DNA from: a virus
Taxonomy: Duplodnaviria > Caudoviricetes
Length of the DNA: 63,051 nucleotides
Reading direction: 5' to 3' (one strand)
Virus record (IMG/VR): IMGVR_UViG_3300036845_000466
Location: 1-63,051 of that record
A program made the translations under genes and the position numbers. Below, in pieces: positions 9,244 through 18,602 of the stretch. The notes beneath the pieces are model-generated. The model saw only the letters and a program-made list of their open reading frames with translations. It had not been told where the DNA came from and did no database searches. The first letter of the stretch is position 1; each line of letters starts with the position of its first letter.

Positions 9244-9713
9244 TGCTGCCTCCTGCCGTACTCTGGGCCGACCCGGGCAAGATGACCGGGATCGCCCGGC
9301 TGTCGATTGCCGGGCATCAGCCGGGGTACAAGTTCAGCGCCGAAGAGCTGCCGTTTCAGGACGCGTGCCAGGTAATCGACCTCTGGTGCCAGGGCTGGGG
9401 GCCGAGCCTTGCGATCGGGTACGAGCGGTTCGACATCAACAGCGAGACGCACAAGAAAAGCCGGGCCGGCATACACGACGCTATCCACGTGATCGGCGTC
9501 ATCCGGTACCTGGCGGCCAAGTACGGCTGCCGGCTGCTCGAGCCGGCCCAGCAGCACACCCCCGACGCAGCCGACCGGGGCCGGCTCCAGGCGCTCGGCT
9601 GGTGGGTCCCGGGCAAGGACGACGCGCAGTCAGCTGCCTGTCATCTTCTGCGCTGGCTGGTCAGGGAGAACGAGTTGTCGCCGGCACAGCGTGCTGTGCT
9701 TTATAGTGGGTGA
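9243..9713 (+). CDS. RuvC-like Holliday junction resolvase
   Basis: WADPGKMTGIA, YERF and KDDAQSA pattern of the RNase H fold. Confidence 0.75.
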   Translation: MLPPAVLWADPGKMTGIARLSIAGHQPGYKFSAEELPFQDACQVIDLWCQGWGPSLAIGYERFDINSETHKKSRAGIHDAIHVIGVIRYLAAKYGCRLLEPAQQHTPDAADRGRLQALGWWVPGKDDAQSAACHLLRWLVRENELSPAQRAVLYSG

Positions 9714-9745
9714 CGATACCGCAGGGTACGAAAAGGGAGAAGATA

Positions 9746-10162
9746 ATGGCGAAAGTGACGCATCTCCGCACCGATCAGCAGCGCAAAGACGCCTACCTGT
9801 CCGAGATGTCCGACGAGGAAATAGTCTGCCGGGCCGGCCACCGGCACCGCTTCCCGACCGACGAGCTGAGCCCGAGGGCGAAGAAACTGCCGGGCCAGGT
9901 CAGCGTGACCGCTACCCGGGGCGTCTACCAGATCGAAGAGCACTGCCTGCGCGGCTGCGGCCGGATTCGGACGTTCAGCTCGGTCAACGGGATCTTCGGC
10001 CTGGATACGGTCTACGCGTACAAGCAGGCGGCCGGCACCACGCACGTCACCATCCCCGAAGACTCCGGCGTCACGCTCACCAGCAGGGACTACAAGTCGG
10101 AGCTGTTCGAGCGCAGCGGGATGCCCGCGCTGCTGCGGGCGGCGGCCAGGCAGGTCTCCTGA
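9746..10162 (+). CDS. hypothetical protein (Cys/His)
   Basis: AGGGAGAAGAT upstream; CRAGHRH...CLRGC. Confidence 0.7.
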   Translation: MAKVTHLRTDQQRKDAYLSEMSDEEIVCRAGHRHRFPTDELSPRAKKLPGQVSVTATRGVYQIEEHCLRGCGRIRTFSSVNGIFGLDTVYAYKQAAGTTHVTIPEDSGVTLTSRDYKSELFERSGMPALLRAAARQVS

Positions 10163-10163
10163 C

Positions 10164-10577
10164 ATGGCACAGCGTATTGTCCTCTCCGACGACCTGGAGA
10201 CAGCCGCAGGCGAAGCTAAGCCGGCCGAGGCCGATATCACCACGGCGATCGGCCGCGACGGCGAGTGGCGGGTGCTCGACCTCACGAACGCGAACGACAA
10301 GCAGCTGGCCGAAGACATCCGGCGGTACTGGGAAGCTGCCCGGCCGGCCACCGACCAGCAGGTCAGGGCCCTGGCACGGGAGAAGCAAACGACCTCGCTG
10401 TCCGAGGGCCGCAAGTGGTGGGACGGATTCCGCCGGTGGGCTGACGAGAACGGCCGGGACTACACGACCGAGAGCGGCAAGTTCTACCCGGCTCGCTCGG
10501 ACCTGCGCGAGTACGTAGCCTTTGCCAAGGGGACCGGGCTGAGCGTCCCGTCTCGTTACGACGACGGGGGCAGCTGA
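10164..10577 (+). CDS. Lsr2-like nucleoid-associated protein
   Basis: N-terminal SDDL...GRDGEWRVLDLTNANDKQLAEDIRRYWEAAR dimerisation pattern; C-terminal RRWADENG. Confidence 0.8.
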   Translation: MAQRIVLSDDLETAAGEAKPAEADITTAIGRDGEWRVLDLTNANDKQLAEDIRRYWEAARPATDQQVRALAREKQTTSLSEGRKWWDGFRRWADENGRDYTTESGKFYPARSDLREYVAFAKGTGLSVPSRYDDGGS

Positions 10578-10729
10578 TGCCTAAGCCAGGATCGCCGCTG
10601 GGCAAGCCGAACGGCAGCCCAGGCGGCGGGTCAGGTCCGAACGGCAAGCCGGGCAGCGGAGACCGTGGCGGAGCCGGGCAGACTCCGCGCCCGACCGGCC
10701 GTCCAGGTACCGGCAAACCGGGCAAGTGA
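10577..10729 (+). CDS. 50-aa Gly/Pro/Lys-rich peptide
   Basis: Read by eye: MPKPGSPLGKPNGSPGGGSGPNGKPGSGDRGGAGQTPRPTGRPGTGKPGK; TGATG and GTGA overlaps at its ends. Confidence 0.5.
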   Translation: MPKPGSPLGKPNGSPGGGSGPNGKPGSGDRGGAGQTPRPTGRPGTGKPGK

Positions 10730-10932
10730 GCGCACGCCGTCCGGCCGGCCGCGCGGGAACCGGGCCTGCGGGCCCGGCCGGCGTACGGCCGGGCGGCATG
10801 ACCATCTGGCTGGGTGACCCGGAACTGTGCACCTGTGCCACCTGCATGGAATGTCCCTGTGATACCAGTCATCCATCCGGCCGGTGCGCCTGCTGCCGCG
10901 CCGGGCACCATGACGGGAGCTGCGAGAACTGA
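10726..10932 (+). CDS. metallothionein-like Cys-rich peptide
   Basis: 9 Cys and 3 His in the C-terminal half; start 10726 or 10798; TGATG coupling to the helicase. Confidence 0.55.
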   Translation: MSARRPAGRAGTGPAGPAGVRPGGMTIWLGDPELCTCATCMECPCDTSHPSGRCACCRAGHHDGSCEN

Positions 10933-12800
10933 TGGCCTGGGCTGCGATCGACCCGGACGAGCACGGCAAGGGACCCTGGCTGGCGGTCGGCTGCGCCAGG
11001 TCTGAGTTCCATCTGTGCGAGCAGGTCCCCGGAATGAACTACCGCAAGACGGACGGGCTCTGGCGGGCGCCGCTGAGCTGGCCTGCCTGGGTGGCGCTGA
11101 AGACGCTGTGGGCCGGCCAGCCGCTCAGCGTGCACCCGCGCCTGTCACAGTGGGCTGACCAGCAGTGGCAGCTGGTCCTGGCCGCCTACGAGCGCCGCTC
11201 CACGCTGGACGCGGGCAGCCCGGCGGTGCGCAGCTACCTGGACGTGCTCGACGCCGAGACCGGCCAGGGCATGTTCCCCGCTCAGCGCGGCGGCGCCCAG
11301 TGGCTGTACCAGATGGAGCGCGCGGTGCTGGCCGACCCGCAGGGCAACGGCAAGACCCCGCAGCTGATCCGGGGCATCCAGCTCGCGCGCAGCCTGGCCG
11401 GCGGAGCCGGCTCCTGGCTGGTGATCGCGCCGGCCGCCGCGCTCTACAACTGGGAGCGCGAGCTGCACCGCTGGGCGCCCGAGCTGAGCGTCCGGGTGAT
11501 CGACGGCACCGCCGCCAAACGGCGCAAGCAGATCATGGACGAGGGCGAAGCCGACGTGTACGTGATCGGCTGGAAGACCGTCCGGCTGCATACCCGGCTG
11601 GCCGCCTACCCGGGCAAGGAATTCGTCAAGTGCGACGAGCACGGCGGCGGCACCGGCAAGACGGTCGCCCAGTGCGAGGTGCACGACAAGGAACTGAACG
11701 ATATCGCCTGGTCAGGCATCATCGCCGACGAGGCGCACCGGATGAAGGACGCCGGCTCCAAGCAGACCCGGGCGGTCTGGCACCTGGCCCACGGCGCGAT
11801 GTTCTTCTGGCCGGCTACCGGCACGATCACCGGCGACACGATCGAAGACCTCTGGCCGCTGCTGCACGGCATCAACCCCCGGGCGTTCCCGTCTAAATCG
11901 CGGTTCATGTCCCTGTACGCGGTCAAGATGCTGGCCTGGTCCAAGGGGGCCGAGTTCCTGGGGGTGCGGCCGGAGACCGCGCAGGCGTTCCACGCGACCG
12001 TGCAGCCGCTGATCCGGCGCATTCCCAAGGACATCGCCAGGCCGGGCATGCCCGCCCGCTTGTCTGCTGTTTTCCGCAACCCGGAGCTGAGCCCGGCTCA
12101 GAAGCGGGTCTACGACCAGCTGAAAAAGCAGGCGGTGGCCCAGCTCGAGTCGACGGACATCAGCGCGGACAACAGCGCGGTGATCTTCGGGCGGATGTGC
12201 CAGGCCGCGTCCGCCATGCTGGACACCGCCGACGCCGAGGACAGCGACGGATTCCACAAGCAGGCCGTCAAGATGGTGGCGCCCAGCAACAAGGTCGACG
12301 ACCTGATCGACTTCCTGTCTGACAATCCCGGCCAGCTGGTGGTCTGCATGAACAGCCCGCAGCTGCTCCACCTGTGCGAGAGCCGGCTGGCAGCCGAGAA
12401 GATCACGCACTGCGCGATCTACGGCGGTCAGACGGCCAGCCAGAACGACCAGGCTGTGCAGTGGTTCCAGAAAGGCGAGTGCCGGGTCATCATGATCACC
12501 GCCGGCACCGGCGGCGAGGCGATCACGTTGACGGCGGCCGATACGGTCGCCTTCCTGCAGCCCAATCCGTCGTTCCTGGTGAACGAGCAGGTCATCGGAC
12601 GTGTCGACAGGATCGGTCAGCCGAACCCCGTGCGCGTTGTGTACCACATAACACCTGGTACAGTCGAAGAGAGGCTATTCCAGCTCAGTCAGGACAAGGC
12701 CGTACGCACCGAGCAGGTGACCCGGGACCCCGACCTGCTGAAGTGGATCATTACCGGCGAGGGCGCGTACGCCCCCGCCCAGGGAGAAGATGTCCGGTGA
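10932..12800 (+). CDS. SNF2-family helicase
   Basis: LADPQGNGKT, IADEAHRMK, ATGT, EAITLTAA, QVIGRVDRIGQ. Confidence 0.93.
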   Translation: MAWAAIDPDEHGKGPWLAVGCARSEFHLCEQVPGMNYRKTDGLWRAPLSWPAWVALKTLWAGQPLSVHPRLSQWADQQWQLVLAAYERRSTLDAGSPAVRSYLDVLDAETGQGMFPAQRGGAQWLYQMERAVLADPQGNGKTPQLIRGIQLARSLAGGAGSWLVIAPAAALYNWERELHRWAPELSVRVIDGTAAKRRKQIMDEGEADVYVIGWKTVRLHTRLAAYPGKEFVKCDEHGGGTGKTVAQCEVHDKELNDIAWSGIIADEAHRMKDAGSKQTRAVWHLAHGAMFFWPATGTITGDTIEDLWPLLHGINPRAFPSKSRFMSLYAVKMLAWSKGAEFLGVRPETAQAFHATVQPLIRRIPKDIARPGMPARLSAVFRNPELSPAQKRVYDQLKKQAVAQLESTDISADNSAVIFGRMCQAASAMLDTADAEDSDGFHKQAVKMVAPSNKVDDLIDFLSDNPGQLVVCMNSPQLLHLCESRLAAEKITHCAIYGGQTASQNDQAVQWFQKGECRVIMITAGTGGEAITLTAADTVAFLQPNPSFLVNEQVIGRVDRIGQPNPVRVVYHITPGTVEERLFQLSQDKAVRTEQVTRDPDLLKWIITGEGAYAPAQGEDVR

Positions 12801-13063
12801 CAGAGCAGTGGTGCATCGAGATCGAGTTCGCCAAGCCGTTCGACGTGCTGGACGGCGCCGGCATGCAGATCCGGCTCGGCAAGGGTAACAAGATCGTTCT
12901 TCCGTTCGACACGCGCGAATCGGCCGAGATGGCGCTGACGCAGATGCGGTCGGGCGTCTACCGCCGGGCCGCCAGCGGCATCGACGGCAAGTACCCGCCG
13001 CTGATCGACGGAGAGGTGGTCGGTAACAGTGCCTTCGTCGCCGGAATCATCGAGCAGCAGTGA
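12797..13063 (+). CDS. hypothetical protein
   Basis: AGGGAGAAGAT upstream, GTGA overlap. Confidence 0.7.
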   Translation: MTEQWCIEIEFAKPFDVLDGAGMQIRLGKGNKIVLPFDTRESAEMALTQMRSGVYRRAASGIDGKYPPLIDGEVVGNSAFVAGIIEQQ

Positions 13064-13085
13064 GCGTGACAAACTGATCGTCAAT

Positions 13086-13268
13086 ATGGCGGAGCTGATA
13101 GCCGCCCTGGCCGTGCCCGTCTCGATGCCGCTCGGCCCGGTCGGAAAGCAGCTCCTGAGCCAGGCTATCGAGCCGTGGACCGCTTTGCACGCCCAGCTGG
13201 TCAGCTTCGGCTGGGCAGACAGGGAGAAGTACGCGGCCGAGATAAGGCGGGTGCTCGACGGTGGCTGA
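13086..13268 (+). CDS. hypothetical protein
   Basis: Gap-filling ORF; start uncertain. Confidence 0.5.
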   Translation: MAELIAALAVPVSMPLGPVGKQLLSQAIEPWTALHAQLVSFGWADREKYAAEIRRVLDGG

Positions 13269-14250
13269 CCTGGCTATCAGCAACTCAGAGATCGCGACCG
13301 CCGACCGCTGCATGCGGCAGTGGTACCTGAAGTACTACCTGGGCACGGTGCCGGCCGAGGAAATTCCGGTCGGATCGTCGATGACCGGGACCCGGATACA
13401 CACCGCGCTCGAGGGCTGGTACGGCTACGGGCTCGATCCGGTCGACGTGCTGCAGGCGCTGTATGCCCTAGCCACCGAGGCGTTCCCCGACTGGTCGACC
13501 GAGCTGGCCGCCGAGCGCGAGCTGGCCGTGACGATGGTCAAGGGCTACCAGGAATGGGTAGCCGAGACCGGCGAGGACGCGAACCTGCGGGTGGTCATGA
13601 CCGAGACCGACCTCGAGGTACCGCTGCCAGGCGTGCCCGGGGTGAGCCTGAAGGCCCGGATGGACCAGGTGGTCTACGACGAGGCGAACGGCTGGCTCTC
13701 GTTCCTCGACCACAAGACGGCGGCTAACTTCGACAGCCACGAGAAACTGGCGATGAAGCCGCAGTTTAAGCACTATTCGGTGATGCAGCGGATGATCCAG
13801 CGGGACGGCCGCCATGATCGAGTCCTGATCTCCGGCGGGATCGTCAACACGCTGCGGCGGGTGAAGCGCACCGAGAAGAGCAAGCCGCCCTACTACCAGC
13901 GCGACGCGTTCCGCTTCAACGACGAGCAGCTCGACGCGGCCGAGGAACGGATCTACAAGCTGGTCGACCGCATCCTGGAGGCCAGGCAGGCGCTCGACTG
14001 GGTGTACGGAGACCAGCAGGGCGCCCTCGAGGCGGTCAACCGGGTGCAGCGGTCGGAGTGCTTCCCGAGCCCGGCCTACAGCGGCTGCGCGGAATGGGAG
14101 TGCCCGTTCACCAGCGTCTGCCCGATGATGGACGACGGATCGGACTGGGGCGGTGTGCTGCTGCGGTCCGGCCGGTACCGTCAGGATGACCCGTACCAGT
14201 ACTACCGCTCCGACCCGCTCCGGGCGGTCAGGCAGGTGCTCGGAGCATGA
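13261..14250 (+). CDS. PD-(D/E)XK RecB/Cas4-like exonuclease
   Basis: SNSEI...C, GTRIH, ARMD...LDHKT, QFKHY, C-terminal C...C....C Fe-S-type cysteines. Confidence 0.88.
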   Translation: MADLAISNSEIATADRCMRQWYLKYYLGTVPAEEIPVGSSMTGTRIHTALEGWYGYGLDPVDVLQALYALATEAFPDWSTELAAERELAVTMVKGYQEWVAETGEDANLRVVMTETDLEVPLPGVPGVSLKARMDQVVYDEANGWLSFLDHKTAANFDSHEKLAMKPQFKHYSVMQRMIQRDGRHDRVLISGGIVNTLRRVKRTEKSKPPYYQRDAFRFNDEQLDAAEERIYKLVDRILEARQALDWVYGDQQGALEAVNRVQRSECFPSPAYSGCAEWECPFTSVCPMMDDGSDWGGVLLRSGRYRQDDPYQYYRSDPLRAVRQVLGA

Positions 14251-14507
14251 TCACCTGGGCAGGCATCAAGCGGATGGCCAATCACGTCTGGTGGGGCTCG
14301 GCCAGGGGGCCGGCCATCGTGCTCGACTGGGAGAACCGGACGATAAGCCTGCGGAGGCTGCCGCCGCGTCACGCGGTGCTGGTCGCGCACTGGCTGCACA
14401 ACGGAATGTCAGAGGGGGATGCCAGCATAGGCAAGCATGCCAGGCCAGGCCCGCAGGACCGGAAGCCGAGCCTGGGCGGCGGCGCGCACGAGCGTCCGGG
14501 CAACTAG
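14247..14507 (+). CDS. hypothetical protein
   Basis: ATGA overlap with the nuclease. Confidence 0.55.
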   Translation: MITWAGIKRMANHVWWGSARGPAIVLDWENRTISLRRLPPRHAVLVAHWLHNGMSEGDASIGKHARPGPQDRKPSLGGGAHERPGN

Positions 14508-14556
14508 AGTCGCAGGCCCCGGTAGGCTGGGGTCGGCCAGAGCAGGGAGAAGATCG

Positions 14557-15327
14557 GTGACGCAGGTCTACACGCCGCAGTCGCAGCAGGTCAGCGCACC
14601 TGCGCAGCAGCAGCGCAAGCACCAGGGGCTGTCGTTCCTGATCCATGCTCCCGCCAAGTCGGGCAAGTCCACGACGGCCGACTCCGGCCCTCCGCCGCGC
14701 CTGATCCTGGACGTGGAGAACACCGCGTTCTGGACGCCATCGCGCAAGGTCTACTGGAACCCGATGACGCAGCAGATGCCGCCGGTGGACGGGTCCTGGG
14801 ACAGCTGCATCGTCCTGGTGCGCGACGTGCGGACCATCGAACGGGTGTACCAGATCCTCAACAGCGGGCAGCACCCGTTCAACTCGCTCAGCGTCGACTC
14901 GGTGACTGAAATGCAGCAGCGGATCATCGACGAGCGGGTAGGCATCAAAAAGGTCGAGCGCGACGACTGGGGGCACCTGCTGCGGATGGTCAGCTCGACC
15001 GTCCGACAGTTCCGCGACCTGATCACGCACCCGGTCAAGCCGTTGTGGTCTGTCTCGTTCGTGGCCGGGACCAGCGAGTACAAGGGCAAGTGGCGCCCGA
15101 TGGTCCAGGGCCAGGCGCGCGACTTCCTGCCGTACTACGTTGACCTGCTCGGGTACATCCACGCTAACCAGGACGGCACGCGGGACATGCTGATCGGCCC
15201 GCACCCGCAGTTCGAAACCGGGGAACGGGTCGGCGGCCGGCTGCCGAACGTGCTCCGCCTGGCTTACCCCGGCAAGGTGCAGGGGTGGACGATCGAGGAC
15301 ATGCTCAAGCAGGTTCTCAGCACGTAA
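14557..15327 (+). CDS. AAA_24/Sak4-like ATPase (recombination)
   Basis: APAKSGKST, LDVE, VDSVTEMQ; sits between the nuclease and the SSB-like gene. Confidence 0.85.
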   Translation: MTQVYTPQSQQVSAPAQQQRKHQGLSFLIHAPAKSGKSTTADSGPPPRLILDVENTAFWTPSRKVYWNPMTQQMPPVDGSWDSCIVLVRDVRTIERVYQILNSGQHPFNSLSVDSVTEMQQRIIDERVGIKKVERDDWGHLLRMVSSTVRQFRDLITHPVKPLWSVSFVAGTSEYKGKWRPMVQGQARDFLPYYVDLLGYIHANQDGTRDMLIGPHPQFETGERVGGRLPNVLRLAYPGKVQGWTIEDMLKQVLST

Positions 15328-15338
15328 GGGAGTTGATC

Positions 15339-15605
15339 ATGGCAGCAGCAGAAGACAGCACGACGCCGGAGGCGGTTCCGCTGTTCGGCGGCCGGACAGA
15401 AACCGCGCTCGAGTCGCTGGCCGCTATCCGCGAACAGGCGCACAGCTACCTGGTGGCCCGGTACGGTGACGGCGTTGCCTACCGCGCGCCGGAGACGTTC
15501 GGCCCCTTCGAGCAATGGGTCTGGGCGGTCTCGGGCGCTCACGACGACATGGCGGCCGAGGTCATGGCCAGCATCGTTACGCATCTCCAGGAGGCACAGA
15601 AGTGA
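15339..15605 (+). CDS. hypothetical protein
   Basis: GGGGAG RBS; fills the gap. Confidence 0.65.
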   Translation: MAAAEDSTTPEAVPLFGGRTETALESLAAIREQAHSYLVARYGDGVAYRAPETFGPFEQWVWAVSGAHDDMAAEVMASIVTHLQEAQK

Positions 15606-15607
15606 GT

Positions 15608-16684
15608 ATGGGACAGGGCTACGACTTCAACGCGCTGTACGGGATGGCCGACCACTCGACCATCACGCCGCTCGAGCCGGGCAGCTACGACGCGATCGTG
15701 GAGACGGCCGAGTTCGGCCGGACCAAGGACGGCACCAAGGGCGCGTGGACGATCAAGTTCCGCGTGACCACCGGCGAGCGGGCCAACTACCCGGTCACCA
15801 TGACCATGAGTATCAACCCCACCAAGAGCGACGGCTCGCCCAACCCGCAGGGGCTCGGCATCATGTTCCGCCAGCTGGCCGCGATGGGCGTGCCGGTTCC
15901 GCCGGAGCAGCAGCCGTTCTGGGCGCTCGGCTGGACCGAGGCGAACGTGGCCGACTACATCAAGGGCCGCCCCGTGCTGCTCCGGGTGGTCAACGACCCG
16001 TACGAAGGCCAGGACCGATCCAAGGTCCGCGACATCAAGCCGCCGCGCCCGGGTGCGCCGCTCGAGGTCCAGCAGGTCCAGCAGCAGCAGCCGCAGCAGC
16101 CGCCCGTGATGCCCGGCCAGGGCTACCAGCCGCAGGGCTACGCCCCGCAGGGCGCAGGGGGCGGCTACGGGCCGCCGGCGCAGCAGGGGTACAACGGCGG
16201 CAACGGGGCACCGAACCCGGCCTACGGGGGCGGAGGGGGCGGCTACCAGGGCAACGGCGGCCAGCAGTTCGCCGGCGGTGCCTACGGCCAGCCCGGTGGC
16301 AACGGCGGCCAGCAGCAGCAGGTGCCGGGGCCGTGGCAGAACGCCCAGCAGGGCCCTACGCAGCCTGCGTATGGTGGTCAGCCGCAGAATCAGGCACCGG
16401 GGTACGGATCTGCACCCCCTGCTCCTGCGGGCGGCCAGAATCCGTACGGCCCCCCTGCCCAGCCTCAGTTTGCACCGGGTGGCCAGGGCGCACCGGGTGC
16501 CTTTGGGGCACAGAGCCCTGCTGGGCCTTACGGCCAGCCGAACGCGGACTGGAACCCGGCCGCGCCGCAGAACCAGGCGCCGCCGGCCCAGTTCCAGCCT
16601 CCGGCGCCCCAGAACGGCGGCCAGCCTCCGCAAGGGCCGCAGCAGCCGCAAGGGGCACCGGAACTTCCCCCGTGGGCGCAGTAA
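15608..16684 (+). CDS. DUF669-like ssDNA-binding protein with long Q/G/P tail
   Basis: PLEPGSYDAIVETAEFGRTKDG...IKFRVTTG OB-fold-like N-terminus; ends in PELPPW; Sak4 context. Confidence 0.78.
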   Translation: MGQGYDFNALYGMADHSTITPLEPGSYDAIVETAEFGRTKDGTKGAWTIKFRVTTGERANYPVTMTMSINPTKSDGSPNPQGLGIMFRQLAAMGVPVPPEQQPFWALGWTEANVADYIKGRPVLLRVVNDPYEGQDRSKVRDIKPPRPGAPLEVQQVQQQQPQQPPVMPGQGYQPQGYAPQGAGGGYGPPAQQGYNGGNGAPNPAYGGGGGGYQGNGGQQFAGGAYGQPGGNGGQQQQVPGPWQNAQQGPTQPAYGGQPQNQAPGYGSAPPAPAGGQNPYGPPAQPQFAPGGQGAPGAFGAQSPAGPYGQPNADWNPAAPQNQAPPAQFQPPAPQNGGQPPQGPQQPQGAPELPPWAQ

Positions 16685-16734
16685 GCAGCAATCGGCGCTG
16701 CCGCTGATCCCAGCCTGCGGACCAGGGAAGAGCG

Positions 16735-16769
16735 AGGCCGGCACGGGATGACCTCCCCCGTGCCGGCCT
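16735..16769 (+). terminator. stem-loop terminator
   Basis: AGGCCGGCACGGG...CCCGTGCCGGCCT inverted repeat after the SSB-like gene. Confidence 0.7.
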
Positions 16770-16775
16770 TAGCTG

Positions 16776-16817
16776 TTGACAGGGAATGCACCGGGGTACT
16801 ATGGTGTTGATAGAAGT
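16776..16817 (+). promoter_or_regulatory. SigR/SigH-like promoter overlapping a housekeeping-type promoter
   Basis: GGAAT(16783)-N18-GTTGATAGAAGT; also TTGACA(16776)-N18-TATGGT. Confidence 0.75.
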
Positions 16818-16867
16818 ACAGGGCACCAAGATCCTGAAAGTCAGACCCCAGGGAGAAGATCCAGATT

Positions 16868-18133
16868 ATGAGTGTTCAGCTGACAGCCCGCAACGCCACC
16901 ACCGCCGACCTGGTGGAGGTGCTGAACGACCAGAAGAGCCGCAAGCTCGACCTGGTTGTTCCGGCCAGGAACGTGTGGAGCAAGGACGGGCAGGTCATCG
17001 TCAAGGGCGCCGAGGCGCACATCGACGAAGACGGAGTGACCCCGGTCAACGGCACCTACCGGCCGACCGAGGTGTTCGACGAGGGCCTGGCCACCAAGCT
17101 GGGCATCCCGCAGCAGTACGTGCGGACCATGAGGGCGGCGCGGCCGGACATCCTGGACGCCAACGTCAACGGCTGGCTGCACGGCCGGTCGCTCAGGCTG
17201 GCCCAGCCTGACCCCGAGACTGGCCTGTCGGTCAGGGAACTGTACGCTCCCGACGAGCGCGCGTTCCTGCTCCGGCTCTTCCGGGGCGACGAGGGCGAGA
17301 CCGGCGTAGCCAGGGCACTCCTGAGCGACCGCTACGGACTGTCGATGGACAACCTGGACGTGCTGACCGCCGTTATGAAGGGCTTCGAAGAGAGCGGCCA
17401 CCGGCCCCTCGTGCGGGTCAGCGACCTGTCCGAGCGGCGGATGCGGGTGCGCTTCGAGTTCCCCGACCGCAACACGCTGGCTCCCGGCCTGCTGAACGGC
17501 TACCGCAGCCCGTTCGACGGCGAGCGCGGCATCAGCCGGGCGGGGATGTTCGACCAGCTCCGCCAGCAGTACGGCGCGCACCACATCTTCAGCGAAAAGG
17601 ACGCTCCGGTGGCCTTCCTGGGAATCGACTTCGGCAACAGCGAGACCGGCGGCGGCGCTTTCTGGCTCAACCCGCTGATCGAGATGGTGCGCTGCACCAA
17701 CGGCTGGGTCGAGCGCAAGGAAGGAATCCGCAAGGTGCACCTGGGCGCGAAGCTGGCCGAGGGCCAGGTCAAGCCGTCGCTGACCACGATCCGGCGGGCG
17801 GGCGAACTGGTCGCCAGCCAGACGACCGACGCGGTTAACTCCTGGCTGGCCGATGGCTACCTGGAGGGCCTGGTCGCGAACCGGACCCAGCAGGCCGAGG
17901 TGGTGCTGACCAGCGCGACCGAGACCGTGCCGGCCGTCTGCCAGTCGCTCGGCTTCACCCCCGACGAGCAGAAAGGCATCCTGGACCTGTTCATCCTGTC
18001 CGGCCAGCCGACCGCCGGGGGCCTGGCCAACGCGGTCAGCGCCTACGCCCAGACGGTGAACGACGTGGACCGCGCCTACGAGATCGAGCTGAAGACGGTG
18101 GACGCCCTCGAGGCGGCTGCTACCCGGAAGTAA
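16868..18133 (+). CDS. DUF932-like protein
   Basis: KLGIPQQY, ARALLSDRY..MDN, GNSETGGG, VRCTNG, RKVHLG. Confidence 0.8.
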   Translation: MSVQLTARNATTADLVEVLNDQKSRKLDLVVPARNVWSKDGQVIVKGAEAHIDEDGVTPVNGTYRPTEVFDEGLATKLGIPQQYVRTMRAARPDILDANVNGWLHGRSLRLAQPDPETGLSVRELYAPDERAFLLRLFRGDEGETGVARALLSDRYGLSMDNLDVLTAVMKGFEESGHRPLVRVSDLSERRMRVRFEFPDRNTLAPGLLNGYRSPFDGERGISRAGMFDQLRQQYGAHHIFSEKDAPVAFLGIDFGNSETGGGAFWLNPLIEMVRCTNGWVERKEGIRKVHLGAKLAEGQVKPSLTTIRRAGELVASQTTDAVNSWLADGYLEGLVANRTQQAEVVLTSATETVPAVCQSLGFTPDEQKGILDLFILSGQPTAGGLANAVSAYAQTVNDVDRAYEIELKTVDALEAAATRK

Positions 18134-18144
18134 CAAGAACGTGA

Positions 18145-18189
18145 GTGCCCCGGCTGCCAAGCTCCCCGCTCCCCAGGCAGCCGGGGCAT
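18145..18189 (+). terminator. stem-loop
   Basis: TGCCCCGGCTGCC...GGCAGCCGGGGCA inverted repeat. Confidence 0.65.
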
Positions 18190-18215
18190 TCACCTTTCAA
18201 GCAGAGGAAGAGCAG

Positions 18216-18557
18216 ATGGAAGACCTGAAGACGACCCCCGGCGGCGAGGCGGGGTACGCCGTCCTCGCGCACATCCTGAGCGCGTTCTACGCGGTCGGCG
18301 ACCTGGACAACCGCCAGGTGTACGTATGGCACAAGCGCGGCACGAAGAACAAGGCCGGCGAGCCGTTCCCGGCGCCGGTCCGCGAGGTGGAGAACCACCG
18401 GCGCGGCCAGCCGCGCTACTTTTTCAGCGTCCGGGCGGTGCTCGCCTGGTACGAGCCCGGCGTGCCCGACAAGTACGGCAAGGGCTGGCGGGTGCCTGAC
18501 CCGCTGCAGATCATGCAGTCGCTCGGCGTGCGCGGCGGGAATGAGACGGCACCGTAA
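18216..18557 (+). CDS. hypothetical protein, possibly DNA-binding
   Basis: GAGGAAG RBS; RQVYVWHKR...FPAP...FSVRAVLAWY resembles the MerR/excisionase winged-helix pattern. Confidence 0.6.
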   Translation: MEDLKTTPGGEAGYAVLAHILSAFYAVGDLDNRQVYVWHKRGTKNKAGEPFPAPVREVENHRRGQPRYFFSVRAVLAWYEPGVPDKYGKGWRVPDPLQIMQSLGVRGGNETAP

Positions 18558-18572
18558 GGTGTTGATAGAAGT
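18538..18572 (+). promoter_or_regulatory. SigR/SigH-like promoter
   Basis: GGAAT-N18-GTTGATAGAAGT. Confidence 0.75.
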
Positions 18573-18602
18573 GTAAGGGTCAAGAGCCCAAGGGAGAAGA
18601 TC

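Noticed and set aside
13261-14250. Cas4-like nuclease as a sign of a CRISPR system
   Set aside because: No repeat-spacer array or other cas genes; it sits in a nuclease-ATPase-SSB recombination module
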